Source: Methanobacteriota archaeon
Lineage (GTDB): Archaea > Thermoplasmatota > Poseidoniia > MGIII > CG-Epi1
DNA: 58,083 nt
NCBI GenBank assembly: GCA_014240255.1
Contig: JAAZXG010000004.1
Location: 1 to 58,083, forward strand
Reading direction: 5' to 3'
Numbering within the stretch: the first letter of the stretch is position 1; each line of letters opens with the position of its first letter. The notes beneath the pieces are model-generated. The model saw only the letters and a program-made list of their open reading frames with translations. It was not told the DNA's origin and made no database searches. This document shows, one piece after another, positions 29,910 through 39,681 of this stretch. The position numbers and the translations under genes were made by a program.

Positions 29910-32465
29910 ATGAAAAGATTAGCGACTGGCATTGCAGCCATTATTGGTGTTGTTTTAGCATTGTTCTTATTTGCAAGTGAAGCTGAAGCAATTGATGCAG
30001 ATTTAGTACCAGTAAATTTCACTTTTTCTCCAGAATATCCTGTGCGGGGTGAGGCTATTGACATTTATTTTGAAGTAATTAATTCGGGTCTTGAACCTGC
30101 AAGCAATGTAGATATTGTTGTTTGGAATAGTACTTCTGAATGTGATGCAGATGATGAATGTCTACCTATCTTCGATTCTACTGAGTCAACTATTTCTCAA
30201 GATAAAAGTGCTATTATTGATTTTAGTTGTGGTGTAGACATGTGTGGTGGAACTGGTGATAGAGTTCTTACAATTGCCATAGATTATAATAGTGAAATTG
30301 AGGAGACAAATGAATCTAATAATAGAATTGTTTATGAATTTACAATTTATGAACAGCCATTATCAAATCTTAGAGGGTTGCCAGTTGAAGTTAATATAAT
30401 GATAACTCCAGAGACTCCTGCTGAAGAGGATTCAGTGGATATATTACTACTTTTTGAAAATGATGGGCGACAAGCTTGTAGTAACTATTATATTGATTTT
30501 AGGCAAACATTTGATGGAGTCACAACTTCCATTGAGGAAACTCAAATACGATCGATTTTATCTCCTGGTGAATCGGCCCAATTCAACATAACATGGAATC
30601 CTTCTGAGGTTGGTGACTATATTATTACTATAGTTTTGGATTCTAATGATGAGGTTGAAGAATTCAAAGAGGATGATAATGTAATAACTACAACTATTTC
30701 AGTAAGGGCTCATAATCCTGAATTAACATTAGATGTTTCCCGTAATATTACAATTATACCAAATGATGATTGGTTAGAATCAATTTTTGATTATCATTCA
30801 GTAGATTTAGAAGTTCACATATTTAATGAAGATTATTTGAAAAGTGCTGAAGATGTAAGAGTTGAATTTTGGGACCTTCCAGAAGGTGGTAATGAATTAT
30901 TTATTGGATATTATATTATTCCCTCAATTACAAATGCCACTAGAGTTGGTGAAGAAATAATTGCAGCAACTAATCCTGCACTGGTGACTTGGGACTCATC
31001 AACTGGTACAGATGTATTGGGCAATCATTCAATTATTATTAGAATAGACCCGTTAGATGAAATTAGTGAATGGAATGAATGGGATAATAATTTTACATTT
31101 GAAGTTAAAGTTTTAGAATCCAAACCCGATTTAACAATCACTGATATATTAGTTGTTGGTCAAGCAGTAAGAGGGATGCCTTCAGATGTAATTTTGACAA
31201 TACACAATAAGGGTTCTAAAGATGTTTCAGATACAAAAATTGATTTCAGAATAGATGGAGATCTTATGGACACTTGGCAAATCTCACTTTTTGAAGGCCA
31301 ATTCTATAACATTACCGCGACATATGTATGGGATCAACAGCAGCCTAGTGTATCAGGACATGCTGACCCTTCAAAGATTATTAGTGAATTAGATGAAAGT
31401 AATAATGTAAATTCAATTCTTATTAATGTAGCAGCTCCAGAATATGATTTAACATTAGTTACCGTGGATTCTAAAGATGTTATATTCAAGGGTGATCAAG
31501 TTTCAATGGTTATTCAAGTTAGGAATAATCTTGCAGTGATTCCTTATTTTAAATTAGCAGTATATTTAGATAACTCATCTTCACCTGAAGTTCAAACTTA
31601 TGATTTCGAAGGAAATAAGATATATTACATAACTCAAGAAAATTTGGGTTATGAGGAAACACGTTTTATTACAGTATATTGGAAATCAACTAATTTTGTT
31701 GGCCATCATAATCTTACTATTGAGGCTGAAATCACCAATAGTGATTTTGAGGATCAGAATTTGACTGACAACAAACTTAATACTAGTATTTTTGTTAAGG
31801 CAAAAAACTTCCAACTGTCTGTTGAAATGCTTAATATTCCCGATAAAATTTTCCTAAATCAAACATTAGAAATAACAGTAAGTGCTTTGAATTTCGGACC
31901 AGAAATATGTTGTGAGTGTCCTATTGGTATTGATTTTGAGAATTCTTCTGATGAATGTATAGGTGCTGAGATATCTTTATTTATTAATGAGGAAATGTTT
32001 AAGATCTACCAGACAAGCCCTCTTGGCCGTGTTAATGGTGAAGAAGTTCATAAATTTACTTGGACGCCAACAGAACCCGGTGACTACTATATTGAGGCAA
32101 GAATAGATCCTGATAATATTATAGATGAGTATAATGAATTAGATAATACAGCTTATGCTGAGATTAATGTTGTTATTGAAGAATTTGTTGTCGTAGAACC
32201 AGAAATAGTAGAAGATGATGATTCATTGATAAACGAACCATTAGTTTGGATTCCTTTAGTTCTTTTGTCTGTTGTTGGTGTTGGTGTTTTTGCTTATAGT
32301 CGGTTAGGTGATGGTGGTGATTACTTGGATTATTATGAAAATGATGATTTAGTATCTGATATTCCAACTAAGCAATCTGGTTTTAGGTATGATCCGGTCA
32401 CTGGTAATACTTACGATTCACAAACTGGTGAGATAATTCAACAAGGTGGAAAGAAAGAAGATTAG
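29910..32465 (+). CDS. Type I surface protein with multiple CARDB-like repeats, C-proximal TM helix and ~60-aa tail
   Basis: Signal/anchor 'IAAIIGVVLALFLFASEAEA'. Repeated domain ends 'ESNNRIVYEFTI', 'EDDNVITTTISV', 'ESNNVNSILINV', 'ELDNTAYAEINV'. TM 'VWIPLVLLSVVGVGVFAY'. Confidence 0.7.
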   Translation: MKRLATGIAAIIGVVLALFLFASEAEAIDADLVPVNFTFSPEYPVRGEAIDIYFEVINSGLEPASNVDIVVWNSTSECDADDECLPIFDSTESTISQDKSAIIDFSCGVDMCGGTGDRVLTIAIDYNSEIEETNESNNRIVYEFTIYEQPLSNLRGLPVEVNIMITPETPAEEDSVDILLLFENDGRQACSNYYIDFRQTFDGVTTSIEETQIRSILSPGESAQFNITWNPSEVGDYIITIVLDSNDEVEEFKEDDNVITTTISVRAHNPELTLDVSRNITIIPNDDWLESIFDYHSVDLEVHIFNEDYLKSAEDVRVEFWDLPEGGNELFIGYYIIPSITNATRVGEEIIAATNPALVTWDSSTGTDVLGNHSIIIRIDPLDEISEWNEWDNNFTFEVKVLESKPDLTITDILVVGQAVRGMPSDVILTIHNKGSKDVSDTKIDFRIDGDLMDTWQISLFEGQFYNITATYVWDQQQPSVSGHADPSKIISELDESNNVNSILINVAAPEYDLTLVTVDSKDVIFKGDQVSMVIQVRNNLAVIPYFKLAVYLDNSSSPEVQTYDFEGNKIYYITQENLGYEETRFITVYWKSTNFVGHHNLTIEAEITNSDFEDQNLTDNKLNTSIFVKAKNFQLSVEMLNIPDKIFLNQTLEITVSALNFGPEICCECPIGIDFENSSDECIGAEISLFINEEMFKIYQTSPLGRVNGEEVHKFTWTPTEPGDYYIEARIDPDNIIDEYNELDNTAYAEINVVIEEFVVVEPEIVEDDDSLINEPLVWIPLVLLSVVGVGVFAYSRLGDGGDYLDYYENDDLVSDIPTKQSGFRYDPVTGNTYDSQTGEIIQQGGKKED

Positions 32466-32501
32466 TTGTAGTTCTAATAACAGTAGATAAGCAAAAACAC
32501 C

Positions 32502-32528
32502 ATCTCCAACGACCATTATTATGGAGAT
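32502..32528. terminator. Hairpin between convergent genes, followed by a T-rich tract
   Basis: 'atctcca' (32502-08) and 'tggagat' (32522-28) form a 7-bp inverted repeat with a 13-nt loop, followed by 'tattttcc'. Confidence 0.2.
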
Positions 32529-32607
32529 TATTTTCCCTCCTTTATTGGTTTGTTCCAAACTGGATGAATATTTTTTGGATGATTAAATGGGACGATGAAA
32601 ATAAAAA

Positions 32608-33717
32608 TCAGTAAACGTCTCTGAGATATCTATGTTCATCTTTCATTAATGTTTGGTTAATGTAGTTCTCAGCGTCTTTCTTTTTCATTTTACCATGCTC
32701 TTTCGCTATTTCAATTAACGCAGAATGAACATCCTTTGCCATGTACTGTTTATCACCACAAACATAGAAGTACGCGCCATTGCTTAGCCACTTCCATATT
32801 TCTTTTCCATTACTGAGTAATCTGTGTTGAACATATATTTTATTTTCTTGATCTCTTGAAAAAGCTGTGGTTAATTTATCTAAATGGCCATTTTTCATAT
32901 AATCAGTCCATTCTTCTTTGTAAAAGAATGTAGATTCTTCATGTACTTCCCCAAAGAAAAGCCAATTTCTTCCAGAAGAAGCAGTTGACTTTCGGTGTTC
33001 AATAAATGCTCTAAATGGTGCAATTCCAGTACCAGGTCCCACCATAATAATATCTTTTGAAGTGTCTTTTGGTATAATAAATTCCTTGGTTGGTTGTATA
33101 TAGATTGGTATTTTAGTTTTGTTTACTTTGACCATATTTGCCAGGTGACCTGTAGCTAATCCAAACCGATCTCTGTCAAAATTATTATATTTAACTATAG
33201 CAATTGTAAGGTGGACTTCACCTGGGTGGGCTTTTGGTGATGAGCTAATAGAATAAAGACGAGGAGTTATAGGCGATAATATATCTATGAATTCTTGTGG
33301 TTTAAAGTGAACTGGATTTTCATTTAGAATATCAATACAATCTCTAGTGAATAAATACTTATCCACTTTTTCACGATCATCCAATATTTCGGTTAAATTT
33401 TTCTTTTCTTTACCGTTTCCCATTTTAGCTACAACCGCTGCAAGGAATTTTTTTCCAGATCTATGTATTGTAAAGCGATGAAGTAATGCTTCTTCCAGTG
33501 TAGTTTCAGCTACATCCTTAGTTTTTATTATCGTTTTTTTATTAAAACCAAGTTTTCTTATGGTCTCTTTTACAAGTTCAGGATTATTTGTTGGATAAAA
33601 TCCGAGTGAATCTCCCGGTTTATATCTTAGACCACTCCCTCTAATGGATACTATGTAGTGATTTGTTTCCTTATTAGATCCTTCAGATATACAATAGGCG
33701 TCTACTACAGTAGCCAT
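32608..33717 (-). CDS. FAD/NADPH-binding oxidoreductase of the CysJ / cytochrome P450 reductase (FNR-like) family, lacking the flavodoxin domain
   Basis: 'RLYSISSSP', 'MVGPGTGIAPFRAF', 'YFYVCGD', C-terminal 'RYLRDVY'. Confidence 0.8.
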   Translation of the reverse strand: MATVVDAYCISEGSNKETNHYIVSIRGSGLRYKPGDSLGFYPTNNPELVKETIRKLGFNKKTIIKTKDVAETTLEEALLHRFTIHRSGKKFLAAVVAKMGNGKEKKNLTEILDDREKVDKYLFTRDCIDILNENPVHFKPQEFIDILSPITPRLYSISSSPKAHPGEVHLTIAIVKYNNFDRDRFGLATGHLANMVKVNKTKIPIYIQPTKEFIIPKDTSKDIIMVGPGTGIAPFRAFIEHRKSTASSGRNWLFFGEVHEESTFFYKEEWTDYMKNGHLDKLTTAFSRDQENKIYVQHRLLSNGKEIWKWLSNGAYFYVCGDKQYMAKDVHSALIEIAKEHGKMKKKDAENYINQTLMKDEHRYLRDVY

Positions 33718-33756
33718 AAATGGATTTTTTCTGTCGTAGTTTATACTATCAACTCA

Positions 33757-34377
33757 CTATGTTTTTCTTGGTGGATGTGGAGTTCTGCTCTGCTTATTAC
33801 GTGACATGTGTTTACGACGGCTTGGTCTTAACTTTTCAGCTCCTTTACCTTTGTTGTATAAACCGCGTGATTTTTTACCAGCAGATGTCAATCCTCTGTG
33901 TGCTCTACCTTTGTGTGCTCTATTACAAATCCAATTAATTTTAGGATCTGCAATAATTGATGGATGGTTAGGATCAACCATGATAACTTCATACCATTTA
34001 TATCTTCCATCATCAGCTACCCAGTATGAGTTTAAAATTTCTAAATTTGGATATTTTTTACAAGTTCTTTCTTCAGCAATCATTTGTAAGTTTTTACCCA
34101 TTGTTATTTTTGCAATACCTGTACGTTTTGCTCGTCTACCAGAAGTAATAGCATGCTTGCGCATACCTCCTCTTCTGATCCGAGTTCTAGCCATAACGTA
34201 TCCTTGTTTTGCTCTAAAGCCTAATGCTCTTGCTCTATCAATTCTCGTAGGTCTTACAATTTTAACTGTAGCATCTTCTCTTCTATATTGAACTAAACGT
34301 TCTTTTTGAAGAAGTTTCATATCTCCAGATGGACTTTTCCACTGGTCTCTTACGTAGTTGTATAATGATTTACTCAT
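33757..34377 (-). CDS. rpl15e: 50S ribosomal protein L15e
   Basis: 'YNYVRDQWKSP...LVQYRRE...RPTRIDRARALGFRAKQGY' is the archaeal/eukaryotic L15e family. A 'gtgagga' SD-like element lies 5 nt upstream of the ATG. Confidence 0.95.
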   Translation of the reverse strand: MSKSLYNYVRDQWKSPSGDMKLLQKERLVQYRREDATVKIVRPTRIDRARALGFRAKQGYVMARTRIRRGGMRKHAITSGRRAKRTGIAKITMGKNLQMIAEERTCKKYPNLEILNSYWVADDGRYKWYEVIMVDPNHPSIIADPKINWICNRAHKGRAHRGLTSAGKKSRGLYNKGKGAEKLRPSRRKHMSRNKQSRTPHPPRKT

Positions 34378-34440
34378 CGCGATTCCTCACTTCTAGGGTT
34401 CAGCTTTCGCCACATTCCCGTTACCCTGTCGACAGGCCCT

Positions 34441-34451
34441 ACCTTATAAAG
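34441..34451. promoter_or_regulatory. TATA element with a palindromic TTATAA core between divergent rpl15e and the lipid kinase gene
   Basis: 'accttataaag' reads TTATAAA on the plus strand and TTTATAA on the minus strand. It is the only TATA-like element in the 75-nt spacer. Confidence 0.35.
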
Positions 34452-34452
34452 C

Positions 34453-35511
34453 TTGATACAATCTAGTATCCACTTGAGTGGACCTGAAAAGATAATATTT
34501 GATGAACCTATAATTGGAAAAGGATTTTTGGGGCGCAAACGTACATTACCTCCAACAAAAAAGCCTCATTTTTCAATTTCTCAAATTAAGCAGAATTATA
34601 AAGTAGCAAAAGTTCATTTGATAATCAACCCTTTTTCGGGTAGAAAAAGAGGATTACTGGTAGCAAAAGAAGTTGAAGCAGGTTTGTTAGAATCTAAAAT
34701 AAAAGTAGAGTCTCATGTGACAAATGAACCTAATCATGCTATAAAAGTAGTAAAAAATTTACGTTTAGTTAAGGGTGATGCAATAGTTTCTATAGGTGGT
34801 GACGGTACTTTTTGTGAAGTTATAACTGGTTTCATGTTACGTAATGATAAAGCCTACGAAAATTTCCCATTGGGTCTCATTCCAGCAGGAACGGGAAATA
34901 GTCAAGCAAACGATATGGGTATTGATGATTACCAAATAGGAATTGATAAAATACTTAATGGGAATTTAAGGAGAATGGATATTGCTGAAACAAGCTTTGC
35001 TTTGGATGGTGAAAAGGAAATTAGATATTCACATAATTTGGTGGGGTGGGGCTTAGGTGTTGATTCTAATATTTTAGCTGAGAAAATGAGATTTTTGGGG
35101 CCGTTAAGATATGATATAGGAGCCTTATTGAGTATAATAAGAGGTAAGGTCCGTAAGGCTAAGTGCTATATTGATGGTCATTTGATTGATACTTCATTTA
35201 TATTATTATTAATACAAAATACATGTACGGGAGGGGACAGACTATCGTTAGCACCCTATGCACAAGTGGATGATGGTAAAATGGATATAGGAGTAATATA
35301 TCAAATTACTAGAAGAAAAGTTTTGACCTTATTCAATCAATTAAAAGCAGGAGGTTCACACATTTGGAACCCAAATGTTGAATTTTATCGATTTTCTAAG
35401 TTAAAGATTGAAACTGAAGAACCAACAGCGATCAATATAGATGGTGAAAATATTGGCACAACTCCCTTAGAAATGACAGTTCTCCCTTCCGTTTTGAAGA
35501 TTTTTAATTAA
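34453..35511 (+). CDS. Diacylglycerol/lipid kinase catalytic-domain protein (DAGK_cat, YegS/BmrU-like)
   Basis: 'LIINPFSGRKRG', 'GGDGTFCEVITG', 'IPAGTGNS'. The track start is TTG. In-frame TTG at 34474 lies ~28 nt downstream of a TATA element and may be the real start. Confidence 0.75.
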   Translation: MIQSSIHLSGPEKIIFDEPIIGKGFLGRKRTLPPTKKPHFSISQIKQNYKVAKVHLIINPFSGRKRGLLVAKEVEAGLLESKIKVESHVTNEPNHAIKVVKNLRLVKGDAIVSIGGDGTFCEVITGFMLRNDKAYENFPLGLIPAGTGNSQANDMGIDDYQIGIDKILNGNLRRMDIAETSFALDGEKEIRYSHNLVGWGLGVDSNILAEKMRFLGPLRYDIGALLSIIRGKVRKAKCYIDGHLIDTSFILLLIQNTCTGGDRLSLAPYAQVDDGKMDIGVIYQITRRKVLTLFNQLKAGGSHIWNPNVEFYRFSKLKIETEEPTAINIDGENIGTTPLEMTVLPSVLKIFN

Positions 35512-35547
35512 GGGATACTGATTTTTTAAGGCCTCCCATGACACATT

Positions 35548-36075
35548 ATGGAGGACTCGAAATCGTTGGAAAGGCTTAAGCAAGAATTGATAGATTGCGA
35601 AGCTGTTAAATTTGGAAAGTTTACATTGACTTCAGGAAAAGAATCTAGTTTTTATGTTGATATGAAACTTGCTTCAACTAATCCTAAAATATTAAAATTA
35701 ATAGCTGAAGAGTTTTCAAAAAATTTACCAGATGATATTGATTTTATAGCTGGTATGGAATTGGGTGCCGTTCCTTTAGCTGTAGCTTTGTCACTAGAGA
35801 CAGGTATACCCTATTCTATGATTAGAAAGTCTGAAAGAAAGCATGGAACGGGTTCCAGGATAGAAGGAATTAGTGAAGGTAGAGCTGTTTTAATCGATGA
35901 TGTGGCCACTACAGGTGGTTCAAATATTGAATCAGTTAAGGCCCTAGTTGATGAAGGTGTAGAAGTATCTATGGTAATGGTTGTTGTAGATCGTGAAGAA
36001 GGTGCTCAAGAAAAAATAGATCCGTTTAATGTACATTACAAAGCCTTAATTCGAATATCTGATTTGGTGAATTAA
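35548..36075 (+). CDS. pyrE: Orotate phosphoribosyltransferase
   Basis: 'GKFTLTSGKESSFYVD' and PRPP motif 'VLIDDVATTGGS'. Confidence 0.85.
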   Translation: MEDSKSLERLKQELIDCEAVKFGKFTLTSGKESSFYVDMKLASTNPKILKLIAEEFSKNLPDDIDFIAGMELGAVPLAVALSLETGIPYSMIRKSERKHGTGSRIEGISEGRAVLIDDVATTGGSNIESVKALVDEGVEVSMVMVVVDREEGAQEKIDPFNVHYKALIRISDLVN

Positions 36076-37391
36076 TGAATTTTTTGGTTATAGGTAGTGG
36101 AGCACGAGAGCATATTATGGCTGAGAAGCTTGCAGATGTTGGTGCAAATGTTTTTTCGGTACTAACTAATTCGAATCCTGGCTTAATTCACTTATCCAAA
36201 AATTACATTTTAGTCAAGAGTTATAATTCAGTAAAAACTATTAATAAAATTATTGATTTTGCATTATCTGAATCGGTAGAATGTGTAGTTATAGGCCCAG
36301 AAGACCCTCTAGCAAATGGTTTAGCTGACAAATTTTGGAAAAAAGGAATTTCAGTAGTTGGACCAGTCAAAGAGCTAGCTCAAATAGAAACTAGTAAGGG
36401 CTTTACCCGGGATCTTTTAGATAAATATGAGATTGATGCCTCTCCTCGTTTTAAGAGATTTAATAATATCGAAGGATCCAGTGATTTTATTGATAAATTA
36501 GATGGAGAGTATGTGATTAAATTTGATGGATTAATGGGAGGTAAAGGTGTAAGAGTATCTGGTGAGCATTTGAAGACTAAGGCTGAAGGTCTAGAATATT
36601 GTAAAAATTTATTAGCTAATTCTGGGAATTATGTTATTGAAGAAAAATTATACGGAGAAGAATTTTCTTTAATGAGTTTTTGTGATGGTTCTAAATTGTC
36701 TCATATGCCAACTATCCAAGATCATAAGAGAGCATATGAAAACGATATTGGTCCTAATACTGGCGGTATGGGAAGTTATTCAGATTCCAATCATTCATTA
36801 CCTTTTTTGAATGATAATGAAATTGCTGCAGCTCGTGAAATTAATGAACAAGTGGCTTCAGCTTTATTGAGACATACAGGAATAGAGTACAAAGGAATTC
36901 TTTATGGAGGATTTATGGCTACAAAGAATGGAATTAAACTAATAGAATATAATGCGAGATTTGGAGATCCTGAGGCTATGAATTTGTTATCTTTACTAGA
37001 TACCGATTTTGCATCAGTGTGTTGTGGTATTGTTGAAGGAAATTTAGAGTCAGTTAAATTCCGTAATGAAGCTTCAGTTTGTAAGTATATTGTTCCTGAA
37101 GGTTATGGAAGTAATCCAAACCCCGATGCAACATTAATTGTGGATGAGAGGTATAAAAAATTTTCAAATTTGTATTATGCTGCAGTAAATTTAGAGAATA
37201 GTGGAAATATTACGACGACTAGCTCAAGAGCGGCAGCTATAGTGGCAACTTCTTCAACAATAGAAAAAGCCGAGGAAAAATGTGAAAAGGGCCTTGAATA
37301 TATCTCAGGTGATAATCTTTTTGTGAGGCATGATATTGCAAAGTCACATTTGATTGAAAAAAGGTTGAAGAATATGGAGAAGATAAGATGA
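36075..37391 (+). CDS. purD: Phosphoribosylamine-glycine ligase
   Basis: 'VIGSGAREHIMAEKL' and ATP-grasp 'YNARFGDPE'. The start overlaps the pyrE stop (TAATG). Confidence 0.9.
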   Translation: MNFLVIGSGAREHIMAEKLADVGANVFSVLTNSNPGLIHLSKNYILVKSYNSVKTINKIIDFALSESVECVVIGPEDPLANGLADKFWKKGISVVGPVKELAQIETSKGFTRDLLDKYEIDASPRFKRFNNIEGSSDFIDKLDGEYVIKFDGLMGGKGVRVSGEHLKTKAEGLEYCKNLLANSGNYVIEEKLYGEEFSLMSFCDGSKLSHMPTIQDHKRAYENDIGPNTGGMGSYSDSNHSLPFLNDNEIAAAREINEQVASALLRHTGIEYKGILYGGFMATKNGIKLIEYNARFGDPEAMNLLSLLDTDFASVCCGIVEGNLESVKFRNEASVCKYIVPEGYGSNPNPDATLIVDERYKKFSNLYYAAVNLENSGNITTTSSRAAAIVATSSTIEKAEEKCEKGLEYISGDNLFVRHDIAKSHLIEKRLKNMEKIR

Positions 37392-38314
37392 TTTTGCTAA
37401 TTTCACTAATCCTTCTTCTCATTGGTTTTGTTCTTTTGACAAAAGGTGCAGATTATTTTATAGATAATGCAGCAGTTCTTGCTGAAGAGAAAGGAATACC
37501 TCCACATATTGTAGGAGTTACTATTGTTGCCTTTGGGACTAGCCTTCCTGAATTATTAGTTTCTATAATTTCTTCTTTACAAGGTTATAATGATTTAGCA
37601 ATTGGCAATATCGTTGGATCTAATATTTCTAATATAGGTTTAGTTTTAGGAACGTCTTGTTTTATATTCTTTTATCTATTTAATACTAATATTAATCCAG
37701 AGAGTGATGCTAATAGTGATAGTTATGTTATGTTTTTAGCAGTTATTTTGCTTTATTATTTTTCAACAGATAAAGTAATATCTTTGACAGAAGGCGCTGT
37801 ATTTTTCGGCATGTATGTAATTTACATGTATTGGTTATATGTTCGTTCAGTTAATTCAGATAGAGATCCTATTGAGCAAGATAATGTTTCATATATTTTC
37901 CTATTGGGTGGTTTAATAGCATTATTACTTGGCGCCCAATTAACAGTAGATTCAGCAGTGGAAATTGCAACATATTTTGGAATTTCTGAAGTAGTTATTG
38001 GTCTTAGTATAGTTGCAATAGGTACCAGTTTACCTGAACTGGCAGGAACTGTATCTGCAGCTAAAAAAGGTCATAAAGAGATTGCTGTAGGAAATATTAT
38101 TGGATCTAATATAGCTAATATTTTTATGGTAATGGGTATTTTAGCAATTATTAAACCAATTGATATTGATGATATGATTTTAACAACGACTATGCCTCTT
38201 TTGATGCTTATTACTATAGCTACTTTTGGTATGATTAGAGTCCCAATGAATCGCCTATCTGGATTAATATTCTTTAGTTTCTTTGCATTATTTCTTTATC
38301 AACTTACATTATGA
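37388..38314 (+). CDS. Ca2+/cation antiporter (CaCA, YrbG-like Na+/Ca2+ exchanger)
   Basis: Two alpha-repeats, 'GTSLPELLVSI' and 'GTSLPELAGTV', plus 'GNIVGSNISNIG' and 'GNIIGSNIANIF'. Confidence 0.85.
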   Translation: MILLISLILLLIGFVLLTKGADYFIDNAAVLAEEKGIPPHIVGVTIVAFGTSLPELLVSIISSLQGYNDLAIGNIVGSNISNIGLVLGTSCFIFFYLFNTNINPESDANSDSYVMFLAVILLYYFSTDKVISLTEGAVFFGMYVIYMYWLYVRSVNSDRDPIEQDNVSYIFLLGGLIALLLGAQLTVDSAVEIATYFGISEVVIGLSIVAIGTSLPELAGTVSAAKKGHKEIAVGNIIGSNIANIFMVMGILAIIKPIDIDDMILTTTMPLLMLITIATFGMIRVPMNRLSGLIFFSFFALFLYQLTL

Positions 38315-39681
38315 GAAAATTAATAGAGTTCCAGATATTAGATAAGAATGCTGAAGAATATGATGTAGATTTAGCTTTATTGATGAATGAGGCTGGTTTT
38401 TCTGTTGCAAAGCATATAATTAATAATTATGATGTTGACAAAATAATCACTATAGTTTGTGGTAGTGGAAATAATGGAGGTGATGGTTTTGTTGCTGCAA
38501 ATATTTTGATTGAGAGAGGATTCAAAGTAAATTTATTGATTTCTGCAAGTCCAAAATCCAAAATATCCAAAAAAGCTTATTCTAGTTTGCAGTGTGAGGT
38601 TTGTCATTTAGATAATTTATCTGATTTTAAAGAGGATACAGACATTCTTCTTGATTGTCTCTTAGGTTCAGGACTCAAAGGTGAAGTTAGACCTCCCTTA
38701 GACCAATATATCGTTTCAATGAATGAATTTTCAAAAATAATTTCAGTTGATGTCCCTTCTGGAATAGGTACTTCTTGTAGTATTGTTCCAGATAGTACCG
38801 TAACTTTTCATGATCATAAAAGTATTCTGAATGAGTCTAATAGTGGAGAAATAATACTAGTAGACATCGGCTTTCCTAAAATAGTAGATAACCTGACTGG
38901 CCCTGGTGAACTACTATTATTTCCTAATTTGGATGGTAGAAAACATAAAGGGCAAAATGGTAAAGTAGCTATAGTTGGAGGAGGTGCGTTTTCAGGAGCG
39001 CCTGCATTGGCTGCAATGGGCTCCTATAGGTCAGGTTCAGATTTAGTTCATGTATTTGTTCCTGAAAGTTCATATGAATCGGTTTCTACTTTTATACCTG
39101 AATTAATTGTTTATAAGTTAGAGGGAGATATTGTTGATTCTAATAATATTAAGACATTATTTGATAATGAATTCGATAGCATTGTCATAGGGCCAGGAAT
39201 GGGCAAGAATCCAGAATCTCTAGAGGCAGTTCAATTAATAATAGATAATTGTGATAATCTTGTTATTGATGCAGATGCAATTAAATTGTATGATTTTAAT
39301 TCTAAAAATATAATTATGACACCACACAAAGGAGAGATAGAAAGATTAGGTATTAGTTCTAAAGATCAAGAGATAATTAATTTTGCAGCTAAAAATAATA
39401 TCACAATTGTTCTTAAAGGTGAAACTGATTATATTACAGATGGTATATATTTTAAGCAAAATAAAACAGGTCACCCTCGTATGGCAGTAGGAGGTACTGG
39501 GGATATTTTAGCAGGTTTTTTGGGAACTCTATTAGCAAAGGGGTTGACTGCGTATGAATCAGGTAGATTAGCTTCTTACAGTCTAGGTTTAGCAGGTGAA
39601 ATGGCATATAATGAAATTGGGCCAGGTTTTCTACCCACTGATTTGGGTCTTTTTTTATCTAAAGTATTAAAAATAAATTAG
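38311..39681 (+). CDS. nnr: Bifunctional NAD(P)H-hydrate repair enzyme (epimerase YjeF_N + ADP-dependent dehydratase)
   Basis: 'CGSGNNGGDGFVAA' in the N-domain and 'GGTGDILAG' in the C-domain. Confidence 0.9.
   Translation: MRKLIEFQILDKNAEEYDVDLALLMNEAGFSVAKHIINNYDVDKIITIVCGSGNNGGDGFVAANILIERGFKVNLLISASPKSKISKKAYSSLQCEVCHLDNLSDFKEDTDILLDCLLGSGLKGEVRPPLDQYIVSMNEFSKIISVDVPSGIGTSCSIVPDSTVTFHDHKSILNESNSGEIILVDIGFPKIVDNLTGPGELLLFPNLDGRKHKGQNGKVAIVGGGAFSGAPALAAMGSYRSGSDLVHVFVPESSYESVSTFIPELIVYKLEGDIVDSNNIKTLFDNEFDSIVIGPGMGKNPESLEAVQLIIDNCDNLVIDADAIKLYDFNSKNIIMTPHKGEIERLGISSKDQEIINFAAKNNITIVLKGETDYITDGIYFKQNKTGHPRMAVGGTGDILAGFLGTLLAKGLTAYESGRLASYSLGLAGEMAYNEIGPGFLPTDLGLFLSKVLKIN

Noticed and set aside
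33806-34291. 161-aa plus-strand ORF
   Set aside because: It is antisense to the unambiguous ribosomal protein L15e gene. The same reasoning applies to 33720-33938.
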